Below are positions 10,491 to 19,929 of a stretch of 64,000 bases of DNA, in pieces. The notes beneath the pieces are model-generated. The model did not search any database and was not told the origin of the DNA. It saw only the letters and a list, made by a program, of their open reading frames with translations. The first letter of the stretch is position 1. The number at the start of each line of letters is the position of its first letter. Both the position numbers and the translations under genes were made by a program. This DNA comes from Escherichia coli (lineage in GTDB: Bacteria > Pseudomonadota > Gammaproteobacteria > Enterobacterales > Enterobacteriaceae). The DNA lies in assembly GCF_013122565.1 (NCBI RefSeq), contig NZ_CP053258.1; one strand, 5' to 3'.

Positions 10491-11306
10491 CTAAAGAGTG
10501 TAGCGGATTTTAACGTGCTTATTTACAGGATAATATCTGTCACCTAATTCCTGCACTCTATTAGATATCCATTCATTTAATCGTGCGTCATCTCTGTATG
10601 TTTTTACGTCCAGAACAGAGAGCAATAACATCACCAGTGATTCAGGAAAAACAGGGTAGATATTTTTTAAGTGTAATAATAATCCATGCGCAAGCGCCTG
10701 CTTAATGGGCGCGTCTGTCTCCGGAATAGACGACATTTCGCGAAGCCATTTTTCCACATGCATACACTCTTTCCCTTTAGGGAAAAGTCTCAGCAAAGGC
10801 ATATGGTGTTCAAGAAGAATACATTTGCAATCTGTTCGCACTGAATCGATAAACTGCACTAATTTCTTAAGCCCGGTAAAGCGTCCAGCCTGCACGTTTG
10901 CTTTAATATCAAGAAACGCATCATCCTGGTCATATACCCAAACTGTCCCTTTTTGATTTTCAAGTATGCGAAAAACAAACTTAACCGGGTGATCAGGGTA
11001 ATCCATCCAGTCATAAAATCCAGGGAAATCATTAAACTGCACATTTATGGTGAGTGCGTTATCGTCTGACCACTCACAGTCTCGTACGGCAGCCATGAGA
11101 TGAATGAGTTTGTCGTCATCGACTAAATCATCACGACAATCATAAGGATAATCATAATATTGTTTAATCAAAACCTTGAATATATCGACACAGGAAACCA
11201 GGGAGCTTTTGATATCCTCTGGTAACTGATTGTTTTTAACCGTATTAAGTATGCTTTGTTGCGTGTATGGCATCAAATTATTGTGCGGAGCTTTTAATGA
11301 TATCAT
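10491..11306 (-). CDS. yahL: hypothetical protein YahL, AT-rich gene
   Basis: 271-aa ORF MISLKAPHNNLMPYTQQSILNTVKNNQLPEDIK...; visibly lower GC than neighbours; no recognisable motifs. Confidence 0.7.
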   Translation of the reverse strand: MISLKAPHNNLMPYTQQSILNTVKNNQLPEDIKSSLVSCVDIFKVLIKQYYDYPYDCRDDLVDDDKLIHLMAAVRDCEWSDDNALTINVQFNDFPGFYDWMDYPDHPVKFVFRILENQKGTVWVYDQDDAFLDIKANVQAGRFTGLKKLVQFIDSVRTDCKCILLEHHMPLLRLFPKGKECMHVEKWLREMSSIPETDAPIKQALAHGLLLHLKNIYPVFPESLVMLLLSVLDVKTYRDDARLNEWISNRVQELGDRYYPVNKHVKIRYTL

Positions 11307-11548
11307 CGCGATCTCTCTTAAATAAAAATAAACGTCGCAGATAATAAAGCTCTGATTAAACCAGGCACTATCAGAAATCGCTCATAACTAACGTATGAAG
11401 TATTGTGTACTGGAGGGAGTTAATTTAACAATTTGAATTTACGTTATAGGTTTTACCACTACTTTGATATTATTTCGCTCTCCTTAACTAAAAAGTTAAG
11501 TGGAGAGCGAAGTTAATATGTTAAACCACCGGGTATTTATTAATTTTT

Positions 11549-12598
11549 TCAGTCTGTTAGTGTGCGATTATCGATAACAAAACGATATTTCACATCACCA
11601 CGCAGCATTCGCTCATAGGCTTCATTAATTTGATCGGCCCGAATCATCTCTATATCAGCCACGATGCCATGTTCGGCGCAAAAATCGAGCATCTCCTGTG
11701 TTTCTGGAATGCCGCCAATCATAGAACCGGCTATCGCACGGCGTTTCATGATCAGGTTGAAAACTTCCGGCGATTTATGCGGTGTCGCAGGCGCACCAAC
11801 CAGCGTCATGGTGCCATCGCGCTTCAGCAAGGTGGTAAAATCGTCGAGATTATGTGGCGCAGCTACTGTATTCAAAATGAAATCGAAACTCTTCAGATGA
11901 GCCGCCATCTCATCGGCATTGCGTGAGTTAACAACTTCATCGGCCCCCAGGGCTTTTACCGCTTCGCGTTTTGACTCAGAAGTGGTAAATGCCACCACAT
12001 GTGCCCCCATCGCGTGGGCCAGCTTAATCCCCATATGTCCCAGACCGCCGATGCCGACCACGCCCACTTTTTTACCCGGCCCGGCCTGCCAGTGACGTAG
12101 CGGCGAATACGTGGTGATCCCTGCACACAACAAAGGAGCCACCGCCGCCAGCTGCTCTTGCGGGTGACGAATACGCAGAACATATCGCTCATGTACGACG
12201 ATCTGTTGTGAGTAGCCGCCCAGAGTATGGCCCGGTTCGTCCGGCGTCGGCGAGTTATAGGTGCCGGTCATGTGATCACAGTAGTTTTCCAGCCCGTCTT
12301 CACACTCTTCGCAATGTTTACAACTGTCGACAATGCAGCCGACACCGACCAGATCGCCCGGCGCATGTTTTTCAACCTGATCACCAACGGCTACCACACG
12401 CCCCACAATTTCATGACCCGGTACGCAGGGGTAAACCGTCCCCGCCCACTCGGAACGGACCTGGTGGAGATCGGAATGGCAGACGCCACAGTAAGCGATT
12501 TCGATTTTGACATCATGCGGTCCCGGTTCACGCCGGGTGATATCCATCGGTTCAAGTGGTTGTTTAGCGGAATATGCACCAATAGCCTTGATATTCAT
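11549..12598 (-). CDS. yahK: NADPH-dependent aldehyde reductase (zinc alcohol dehydrogenase family) YahK
   Basis: Start at MNIKAIGAYSAKQPLEP (349 aa) with AGGAG 8 nt upstream; Zn-ligand motif GHEIVG and CGVCHSD. Confidence 0.88.
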   Translation of the reverse strand: MNIKAIGAYSAKQPLEPMDITRREPGPHDVKIEIAYCGVCHSDLHQVRSEWAGTVYPCVPGHEIVGRVVAVGDQVEKHAPGDLVGVGCIVDSCKHCEECEDGLENYCDHMTGTYNSPTPDEPGHTLGGYSQQIVVHERYVLRIRHPQEQLAAVAPLLCAGITTYSPLRHWQAGPGKKVGVVGIGGLGHMGIKLAHAMGAHVVAFTTSESKREAVKALGADEVVNSRNADEMAAHLKSFDFILNTVAAPHNLDDFTTLLKRDGTMTLVGAPATPHKSPEVFNLIMKRRAIAGSMIGGIPETQEMLDFCAEHGIVADIEMIRADQINEAYERMLRGDVKYRFVIDNRTLTD

Positions 12599-12869
12599 TG
12601 CATTCACTCCTGTTCGAAGAGGTATCTGGATGATGTGAGGAACGTCTTTGCAGCAAAACTCGCTCATTCAATATAGCCAATGAATGGTTGCCCGTGATGG
12701 GCTCTGAGACGTCGATACCGGAGAGTTTAATGACCAATAGTGGTGTCGTTTTTCGTGGCAGATCACACTTTCTGGCACCAGCGATATCCCTTTTCCACCT
12801 TAAAACCGGGGCGATATCGTGACTGGCGAATTAGACTGGCGTGAAATTCAATTATTACGCACACGCCGT

Positions 12870-13517
12870 TTACCCCGCAAAAGAAACACGCAATAACTTT
12901 AACTGCCCGTTAATAATGCCAAATTCCAGTATAGTTGTGCCATCACAAACAGCCGGTGGAATTTGTTCATTAGCCTGCGAGCCAATATTCAGCGTAATGC
13001 CATCGTCAGAAATATTCCCCGACATCGCCAGTTCACATATTCCCGTGACGTAGTGGCGCTCCCCTTTCTCTTCGTAATAGAAACGTCCATCATTGAGGGG
13101 ATAATATTTTCTTTTTTGCTCCGCTGGCGTCAGCGAATGACTGAGATAATCATCAATCCATTGGGTACCCGGATGTATCGTGAATTTTGTGACATTATGC
13201 AGACGCCGCATAATGGTTTCTGAATGGCGATCAAATAGTGCTTCTGTGAAGGGTTCAGATTCAGGAAACTCAATCTCAGCGAGAAAGCCGAAATAGGTAT
13301 CGTAGGGGAATTTTAAGAAGGTTTTTAGTTTCGTGGCATTCTTTGCACTCAGCGCTTGCTGAAACTTTTGCAATTGCGTTAAGGCATCTTTTTTCTGCTC
13401 TGGCGTGACCAGGGGCTGTATGCGCACCGCCTCGCATTCGTGTTGTGAATTTCCAGCAGGGCAAGTTGCCAGGACGGCCTGACTCAGAAACAACAGCGAT
13501 AACCAAAGAAATCTCAC
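12870..13517 (-). CDS. hypothetical secreted protein (215 aa, N-terminal signal peptide, four Cys)
   Basis: GTG-start ORF MRFLWLSLLFLSQAVLATCPAGNSQHECEAV...; hydrophobic signal sequence followed by Cys; no family recognised; I do not recall a gene here in K-12. Confidence 0.5.
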   Translation of the reverse strand: MRFLWLSLLFLSQAVLATCPAGNSQHECEAVRIQPLVTPEQKKDALTQLQKFQQALSAKNATKLKTFLKFPYDTYFGFLAEIEFPESEPFTEALFDRHSETIMRRLHNVTKFTIHPGTQWIDDYLSHSLTPAEQKRKYYPLNDGRFYYEEKGERHYVTGICELAMSGNISDDGITLNIGSQANEQIPPAVCDGTTILEFGIINGQLKLLRVSFAG

Positions 13518-13636
13518 GGAGTCTATCCATCCCTGGATAAAAAAGATAATCCGCAGTGTACGTCATGGGCAAAACGCAGAGGATATCGGGTTTTAAAATC
13601 GGAATAGTGCCTGCCCGGATATCCTCGCTGATAACG

Positions 13637-15016
13637 TTACACCACACTCCCCCACACCAGTTGTCCTTTATGGAACGTTGCCGTTCTCGGCGAGATACGC
13701 GCCACCGCCTCGGCGGAACAGGAGGCGTCCACCAGCACAAAGCTGGCGTCATCCTGTGCTTTCGGCCAGACGCGCTCGCCTTTTTCATTCAGCGGCAATA
13801 CATCACCAGTGGCTAAAAACAGCGAGCGGGAGAGGTTCTGTTCGTTAGGACGAATATAGAGCTGCGCGTAGAGATTGGCTTTTTCCAGCATGTCGCCCAG
13901 GCCGTAAGGCGACCAGTGGTCAATAACGCTGTCAGTTCCGGTCATGACTTTTACGCCTTTGTCGTGCAACTGTTTGAGCGGCATATGCAGCGTGCCAATC
14001 GGCACCGTCGAGGCGATAGAAATTTGCTGCGCCGCCATCCGGTGCGCCAGCGCATCGACCTGTTGTTCGTTGAGCGTTGCCAGCGCAAAGGCGTGGCTGA
14101 TGGTCAGCTTACCTTTCAGTTGCGGCGTTTTCTCTACCGTTTCAACCATATAATTGATGGCTGCCACGCCTGCCGGAGTGGTTTCGTGCATGTGAATATC
14201 GACGCCTTTGTCATAGTCAAGGGCAATCTGGAACATGGTGTCGAGGGATTTTTCCATCGCGCCATCGACATTGGTCGGGTCCAGCCCGCCGACGTAATGC
14301 GCGCCCGCCTGCATTGCTTCACGCATTAAGGGTTCCGATTTCGACAGCAGCAAACCGTGCTGCGGGAAGGCGACAATTTCACACTCGAAGCCCGCCTGAC
14401 GTCGCGCCAGCACCGCCTGCAAATTTTGCAGATTTTTCAGGCCGGAAACCGGTTCGATATTGCAGTGGCTGCGGGCAATGGTGGTGCCTTTCGACTGCAA
14501 TAAATCGATCAGTTTTTCCGCCCGTTCCTGCGTGTACGGTTGCAGCTCCGGCAGCATTTTCTGCTCGAGCTTAATCATGTCCTGGATGGTGGTGCCTGCC
14601 GGACGATTGAGCGAGCGCCACGGCCCGCCGTAAAAGGTTTTGTCGAGATGAATATGCATGTCGCGGGTGGTGGGCAGCATCAGCTTACCGCCAGCGTCAT
14701 AGTGCGGCAGCGTGGCGTCCGGATGCTGATTGTTCTCGCGCAGTGCAACAATTTTGCCGTTCTGAATCTCCACGGTCTGGCGCGCCGTGCGGGTCTGCAC
14801 CGCCACGCCATTTTCGTAGTCAAATCCAGTTTCCAGCAGCACGTTGTCGAGATAGTAATGCGGGTCAGTGATTTTCATGGTGTTGTTCGCTTCGCAGTTT
14901 GTGGTGCCAGCTACCGCCGCATGGGCGAGCGGCACAGAGGTACCAAACAGCGCGGCGGCGGTGACCATCTTACCGCTCTGGCTCAGAAATTCACGGCGGC
15001 TATTGTTTTCTTTCAT
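13637..15016 (-). CDS. yahJ: Tat-exported amidohydrolase-superfamily enzyme YahJ
   Basis: 459-aa ORF; twin-arginine motif SRREFL in MKENNSRREFLSQSGKMVTAAALFGTSVPLAHA; metal-binding HxH motif (DMHIHL). Confidence 0.85.
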   Translation of the reverse strand: MKENNSRREFLSQSGKMVTAAALFGTSVPLAHAAVAGTTNCEANNTMKITDPHYYLDNVLLETGFDYENGVAVQTRTARQTVEIQNGKIVALRENNQHPDATLPHYDAGGKLMLPTTRDMHIHLDKTFYGGPWRSLNRPAGTTIQDMIKLEQKMLPELQPYTQERAEKLIDLLQSKGTTIARSHCNIEPVSGLKNLQNLQAVLARRQAGFECEIVAFPQHGLLLSKSEPLMREAMQAGAHYVGGLDPTNVDGAMEKSLDTMFQIALDYDKGVDIHMHETTPAGVAAINYMVETVEKTPQLKGKLTISHAFALATLNEQQVDALAHRMAAQQISIASTVPIGTLHMPLKQLHDKGVKVMTGTDSVIDHWSPYGLGDMLEKANLYAQLYIRPNEQNLSRSLFLATGDVLPLNEKGERVWPKAQDDASFVLVDASCSAEAVARISPRTATFHKGQLVWGSVV

Positions 15017-15025
15017 CTTACGTCC

Positions 15026-15976
15026 TTACGTTTTAATAATATGGGTGCCCGTTTCACCGCGCAGCGCCGCAGGCAGGCATTCCGGCGTGGTGATAATCAC
15101 TTCTTTGCCGCCCTGTTCCAGGAACGTCAGGCTGGCGATGATTTTTGGCAACATGCTGCCAGGCGGAAAATGCCCTTCCTGCATATAGCGGGTCATGGTG
15201 GCAATATCCACCCGATCGAGCGCCTGCTGCTGCGGTTTACCAAAATGAATACACACTTTTTCCACGCCAGTGGTGATCACCAGAATGTCGGCGTGAATTT
15301 CACGGGCCAGCAGCGCGGTAGAGAGATCTTTGTCGATAACCGCGTCCACGCTTTGGTAATCCCCCGCTTCAGTACGCACTACCGGAATTCCACCGCCGCC
15401 CGCGCCAATTACGACAAAACCTTGTTGGATCAGCGCTTTAATGGCAGGTGCTTCGACAATACGTTTCGGTTCCGGCGAGGCGACCACGCGGCGATAGCCC
15501 CGCCCGGCATCTTCAACAAAACACCAGTCAGGGTTTGCCTTTTGTAATTCGTCACGCTGGCTGTCACTAAAGAATGCGCCGATGGGCTTGGTGGGATGGG
15601 CAAATCCCGGATCGTTTTTATCCACTTCCACCTGAGTCACCACGGTGACGGCTTTTTTCTCGCCGTGGCGCGCCAGCCGGTTGTTCAGCGCCTGCTGGAT
15701 CAGATAGCCAATGCCACCTTGCGTATCCGCCACACAGTTTGCCAGCGGCGTTAAGGGCAGCCCTTCGCGCTCGTGGGCAATCTCCGCACGGCGTAAATCC
15801 AGCCCGACCTGCGGCCCGTTGCCGTGGGTCAGCACAATGTCGTAATCGGAAGCCAGCATTTCCAGCACCGTATCGGCCACGGCTTTCACCGCCTCCGCCT
15901 GATGCTCAATCGACTGGCTGGCGTTATCTTTGATAATGCTGTTGCCACCAATGGCAACGACCACAAGCTCTTTCAT
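15026..15976 (-). CDS. yahI: carbamate kinase-like protein YahI
   Basis: Start at MKELVVVAIGGNSIIKD (316 aa); ORF track begins 39 codons upstream. Confidence 0.85.
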   Translation of the reverse strand: MKELVVVAIGGNSIIKDNASQSIEHQAEAVKAVADTVLEMLASDYDIVLTHGNGPQVGLDLRRAEIAHEREGLPLTPLANCVADTQGGIGYLIQQALNNRLARHGEKKAVTVVTQVEVDKNDPGFAHPTKPIGAFFSDSQRDELQKANPDWCFVEDAGRGYRRVVASPEPKRIVEAPAIKALIQQGFVVIGAGGGGIPVVRTEAGDYQSVDAVIDKDLSTALLAREIHADILVITTGVEKVCIHFGKPQQQALDRVDIATMTRYMQEGHFPPGSMLPKIIASLTFLEQGGKEVIITTPECLPAALRGETGTHIIKT

Positions 15977-16071
15977 AATTTTATGTCCGCTACAGAGGGT
16001 GATGAGGTTATGAGAGTGAGGTTGCCCCTCTCCCCAGAAGGAAGAAGGGATCGTAAGGTGCAGTTGGAGGG

Positions 16072-17490
16072 TCAGACGCCGTAACGTTCGCACCAGCCAA
16101 GAATGGCTTTCTCGAAGCAGGCGAATGGCGGATGCACAATGCCCGCGCCAATCATGCCGACGCCCGCATCTTTATGGGCGATGGCGGTGTTGATCACCGG
16201 CAGAATGCCGCTGCTACCCACGCGGGTGATGTCGATTGCCGACGGCACGCCCATAAAACCGAGCAGCGGAATGGTGACGTTGGGGTTTTCACCGAGGGTG
16301 ATTTCGCGCATCTGACGGGAGAAATCGATAGCCTCTTCCACCGTACCGCCCACCAGCGCGACGATAGCGGGCGCGGTCGCCATAGCAAATCCGCCAATAC
16401 CGTAGGTTTCGGTGATGGCGCTATCGCCGATATCCAGCCCCGAATCTTCCGGCTTATAACCGGCAAACATCGGCCCGATCACCTGCTGCGCCGGGCCGGT
16501 AAACCATTGCCCCGGCAGGCCGCTGACTCGCAGGCCAAACTCGACGCCGTTACGTGCCATCGTGGTCACCACGGTGCTGTATTCGATGCCGTGCGCCGCA
16601 TCCATCGCCGCTTTACACATCGCCATCCACGTCGGGCCGGAGAAGTAGTCGCTGCTGGCGACAAACTCAAATACTTCGCGCTGTTGCTCCACGGAATAAC
16701 CTGCCTGAATAATCCCCGGCGTCAGCGCCTGAATCAGCAGCGTCGTCCCGGCGTTATTGCGGTTATGGCATTCATCGCCCATATGCAGCGCCTGCGCCAG
16801 CATTAAGCGCAGATCGATCTCGCCGATAATTTTCATCGCGTCGCGCAGCATTGGTCCCTGCACATCGCGCATCCAGTTCAGGCGGTCAATCACGCTCTGG
16901 TCGTTAGCGCCCATACGCAAAATCTTCGCCATCTGCTCGCTCATATTGGTATAAGCGATGTTGCCGTAGGTTTTGTTTTTCACGATGTGCATAAACATCG
17001 AGGCCGAGGTAACGCCCGCCATCGATCCCACGCAGTCGTGTTCGTGGCACGGCGAGAAGGTGATCTCCCCGGAGGCCGCCAGTTCAGCCGCCTCGTCGAG
17101 ATCTTTCGCCAGCCCTTCGAACACCAGCGCCCCGGTGACCGCGCCTTTCATCGCGCCGCACATTTTTTCCCAGGTAACCGGCGGCCCGGCGTGAAGAATG
17201 GTTTTCGGCGTCATGCCCGGCACCACGTTAATCGCCTGATCAAAACCAATCAGCACCGGATGCGACTGGATAATGCGCTCCAGCGCCTGCTGGTTAGCGG
17301 CGGCGATTTTGTCTGCCAGCGGCGAATCGGTAATGTTATCCAGCGCCTGCACCACCTGCATATTGCCCTGCCCCGGCGGCGTCCAGTCGAGTTGGGTCAC
17401 TTCTACGTGCTGCTTTTTCAGGTCATCGCTAAACATGGCGATGCCGACGTTAATAACGTTCAACGGTTGGCTAAACAGTGACTGGCTCAT
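16072..17490 (-). CDS. yahG: DUF1116 protein YahG (YlbE/AllG paralogue)
   Basis: 472-aa ORF MSQSLFSQPLNVINVGIAMFSDDLKKQHVEVTQLDWTPPGQG...; start overlaps yahF stop. Confidence 0.8.
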   Translation of the reverse strand: MSQSLFSQPLNVINVGIAMFSDDLKKQHVEVTQLDWTPPGQGNMQVVQALDNITDSPLADKIAAANQQALERIIQSHPVLIGFDQAINVVPGMTPKTILHAGPPVTWEKMCGAMKGAVTGALVFEGLAKDLDEAAELAASGEITFSPCHEHDCVGSMAGVTSASMFMHIVKNKTYGNIAYTNMSEQMAKILRMGANDQSVIDRLNWMRDVQGPMLRDAMKIIGEIDLRLMLAQALHMGDECHNRNNAGTTLLIQALTPGIIQAGYSVEQQREVFEFVASSDYFSGPTWMAMCKAAMDAAHGIEYSTVVTTMARNGVEFGLRVSGLPGQWFTGPAQQVIGPMFAGYKPEDSGLDIGDSAITETYGIGGFAMATAPAIVALVGGTVEEAIDFSRQMREITLGENPNVTIPLLGFMGVPSAIDITRVGSSGILPVINTAIAHKDAGVGMIGAGIVHPPFACFEKAILGWCERYGV

Positions 17491-19037
17491 CAGGCTTCCT
17501 CCCCTTTGCAGATAAATTCACGCGCCAGCAATCCGGTATTGGTGCTGCTGCTCGCCAGAATCACTCCGGCATCAAGCAGCATCTGGCTTTGTTGTTCTAA
17601 CGATGGCGTATCAAGATCGGTACCCAGCACATAGGCGAGAATGATCAACTCGCGTCCTTCGGCAGCGGCGATCGCTTTCGCTTCTTTGATCGCCTCGATG
17701 GTGGAGCCGACCGGATCTTCATGCGATCCAAATCCGAGCACAAAATCCATCACGATCACCGCCACTTCTGGATCGCGCGCCTCTTCGATCAAGCGACTGA
17801 TGCGGTTGGTGGGGTCAATCATTGGATGCGGCTTGCTGTTGGTGAAGTCGTCATCGCCAAAGTCGAGGAAGGTGTGTTTGATGCTGCGGTTGATATCTTT
17901 CAGGCGGAATTCCGGATCGGGCTGGATATTGCTGTAGACATCGCCATGTTTTTCCATCACCGCGAACATGATTTCGTCACACAGCGTGCCGCCGCAGAAC
18001 AGGCCACGAATGTATTTCTGCTGCGGTTGCAGACGCGCACGCACATCCGCAATCAACGGCTGGTTAAGCGTATGCAGGTCGAGATGTTCTTGTTTCACGC
18101 CGGAGAGCATCACCGCTTTTAGCGCCGCTTCTTTGCTGCCACGAGCAAACTGTAGACCCTGCTCATCCACCGGCGTTTCACCGCGACCGAGGAAACAGAC
18201 CACCACCGGCTTGCGGCAGGCACGTGCGCGTTCCAGCACTTTGCGGGCCACCGCAGGCGCGGGAGGTTTTGAAATCAGCGCGATAATTTCAGTTTGCGGA
18301 TCGTTTTCCAGCATCCCGATGGCGTCAAGCATCATCAGGCCGCCGATTTTCTCGCTCAGGTCGCGCCCGCCGGTGCCAATCAGTTGTGAAACGCCGCCAC
18401 CAAATTCATGAATGCGGACGCTCAGCTCCTGGCTGCCGGTGCCGGATGCGCCAACAATACCGATGTTGCCGCGACGCACGGCGTTACCAAAACAGAGCGC
18501 CGCGCCGTTGATAATCGCCGTGCCACAGTCTGGCCCCATCATCAGCAGCCCTTTTTCGTGGGCCAGTTGCTTGAGCGCCAGTTCATCTTCAACTGAGACG
18601 TTATCGGAAAACAGCATCACGTTGAGATCGTTTTGCAGCGCCTGACGCGCTTCGCGAGCAGCAAACAGACCGTTGACCGAAATCACCGCCAGGTTACTTT
18701 CCGGGATATGCTTTTTGGCGCTGGCAATAGTGGCGTAACGCGCCTCGTGCGAGCCGCTTTGCGCTTTGGTGTTGAACAGTTCTTCAATCTCCACCAGCAA
18801 CTGCTCGTTGTCCGCACCCGATTTACCATTGATGACAATCATCAGGTCGCCGTTTTTCGCCTGTTCCAGCTCCGGCGTCAGCAGCCCTAAATTCTTCAGC
18901 ACGCCTTTGTTCATTTCGGTCGCCATCGCCACAAATGCCTGCTCGACGCCGTCGAGTTTATTTGCACGCGTGGAGATAGACATCAGCGAGACAGAATCAA
19001 AATAGGTATTCGGTTTAATGACTATTTTAACTGACAT
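17490..19037 (-). CDS. yahF: FdrA-family CoA-binding/succinyl-CoA-synthetase-like protein YahF
   Basis: 515-aa ORF MSVKIVIKPNTYFDSVSLMSISTRANKLDGVEQAF... Confidence 0.8.
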   Translation of the reverse strand: MSVKIVIKPNTYFDSVSLMSISTRANKLDGVEQAFVAMATEMNKGVLKNLGLLTPELEQAKNGDLMIVINGKSGADNEQLLVEIEELFNTKAQSGSHEARYATIASAKKHIPESNLAVISVNGLFAAREARQALQNDLNVMLFSDNVSVEDELALKQLAHEKGLLMMGPDCGTAIINGAALCFGNAVRRGNIGIVGASGTGSQELSVRIHEFGGGVSQLIGTGGRDLSEKIGGLMMLDAIGMLENDPQTEIIALISKPPAPAVARKVLERARACRKPVVVCFLGRGETPVDEQGLQFARGSKEAALKAVMLSGVKQEHLDLHTLNQPLIADVRARLQPQQKYIRGLFCGGTLCDEIMFAVMEKHGDVYSNIQPDPEFRLKDINRSIKHTFLDFGDDDFTNSKPHPMIDPTNRISRLIEEARDPEVAVIVMDFVLGFGSHEDPVGSTIEAIKEAKAIAAAEGRELIILAYVLGTDLDTPSLEQQSQMLLDAGVILASSSTNTGLLAREFICKGEEA

Positions 19038-19890
19038 AATTCCCTCCGTAGGTTTGGCTCAGCGCACAACCATCGGCCATGCCATACAGCATGTCGCAGC
19101 CGGAACTGGAGCCAATATGTTTAATTTTTTCTATTGCCTGAGTTGCGTTCCCAGGAATGTCATAAATAATGTTGTGAATAAAACGATGAATATTTTCCCG
19201 GCAGCGTTGTTGTAATGCGGCTTCGAGCGTTATGGCACTTAATAATGTGGTATTATTTCTGCCGCGTTGCAGACCGAGATAAAATTCCTCTTTGTATTTT
19301 TCCGCCGGATGTCCGGAAATAAATAAAATAAGTACCAGTCCGGTCAGATAATCATCGGCTGATGGCGTAAGCCCAATCCCTAATCCCATCATATTAGCTA
19401 CCGCTGAGGCGATATTTTGTTTTTCGTTTACGGCCTGAATAACTGCTTGTCGTTTAATATGTAATTCTTTATTTAACGCCTGATAAAACGGATTATCGCC
19501 GCGATAATTAAACAGGGTTTCATTTTCCCCCAGGTGCTGATGAATAATGTCGTGCCACTGTTGCCAGGCGATAAGGTGAAAATTCACAGCGGTCATTTGC
19601 AAGGTTGGGGACAGCCAACGCTGGCAATGACTCATCTCTATATGAAGATGTTGACCAACCGTAATGCCTTGATCGTCAAACTGAACCTTATCACCATGCC
19701 GGAACAGACCATCAAAGTGAGTGAGTGCCAACCGACAACTGTTTGGCGCATTGTCGTACTCTTCACAAAGCAGCGTTAGCAACTGCTGGCGAGCCGGGAG
19801 TGCGATATTTACCGCTCTGGCAAAGACCTGTTCAACCTGTCCTTGCCCCCGCTGCGCCAGAAAATCAGCATCCGCAGTTAGCGCCCACAC
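19027..19890 (-). CDS. yahE: DUF2877 protein YahE (YlbF/AllH paralogue)
   Basis: 287-aa ORF; 11-nt overlap with yahF start. Confidence 0.75.
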   Translation of the reverse strand: MWALTADADFLAQRGQGQVEQVFARAVNIALPARQQLLTLLCEEYDNAPNSCRLALTHFDGLFRHGDKVQFDDQGITVGQHLHIEMSHCQRWLSPTLQMTAVNFHLIAWQQWHDIIHQHLGENETLFNYRGDNPFYQALNKELHIKRQAVIQAVNEKQNIASAVANMMGLGIGLTPSADDYLTGLVLILFISGHPAEKYKEEFYLGLQRGRNNTTLLSAITLEAALQQRCRENIHRFIHNIIYDIPGNATQAIEKIKHIGSSSGCDMLYGMADGCALSQTYGGNYVS

Positions 19891-19929
19891 ACACCGTCTT
19901 TCTGGTGTGTTGATAGCAAGCCTCCCGGT

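Noticed and set aside
12640-12860. TGGCAC motif near 12760 as a second sigma-54 promoter
   Set aside because: No properly spaced TTGC -12 element follows it.
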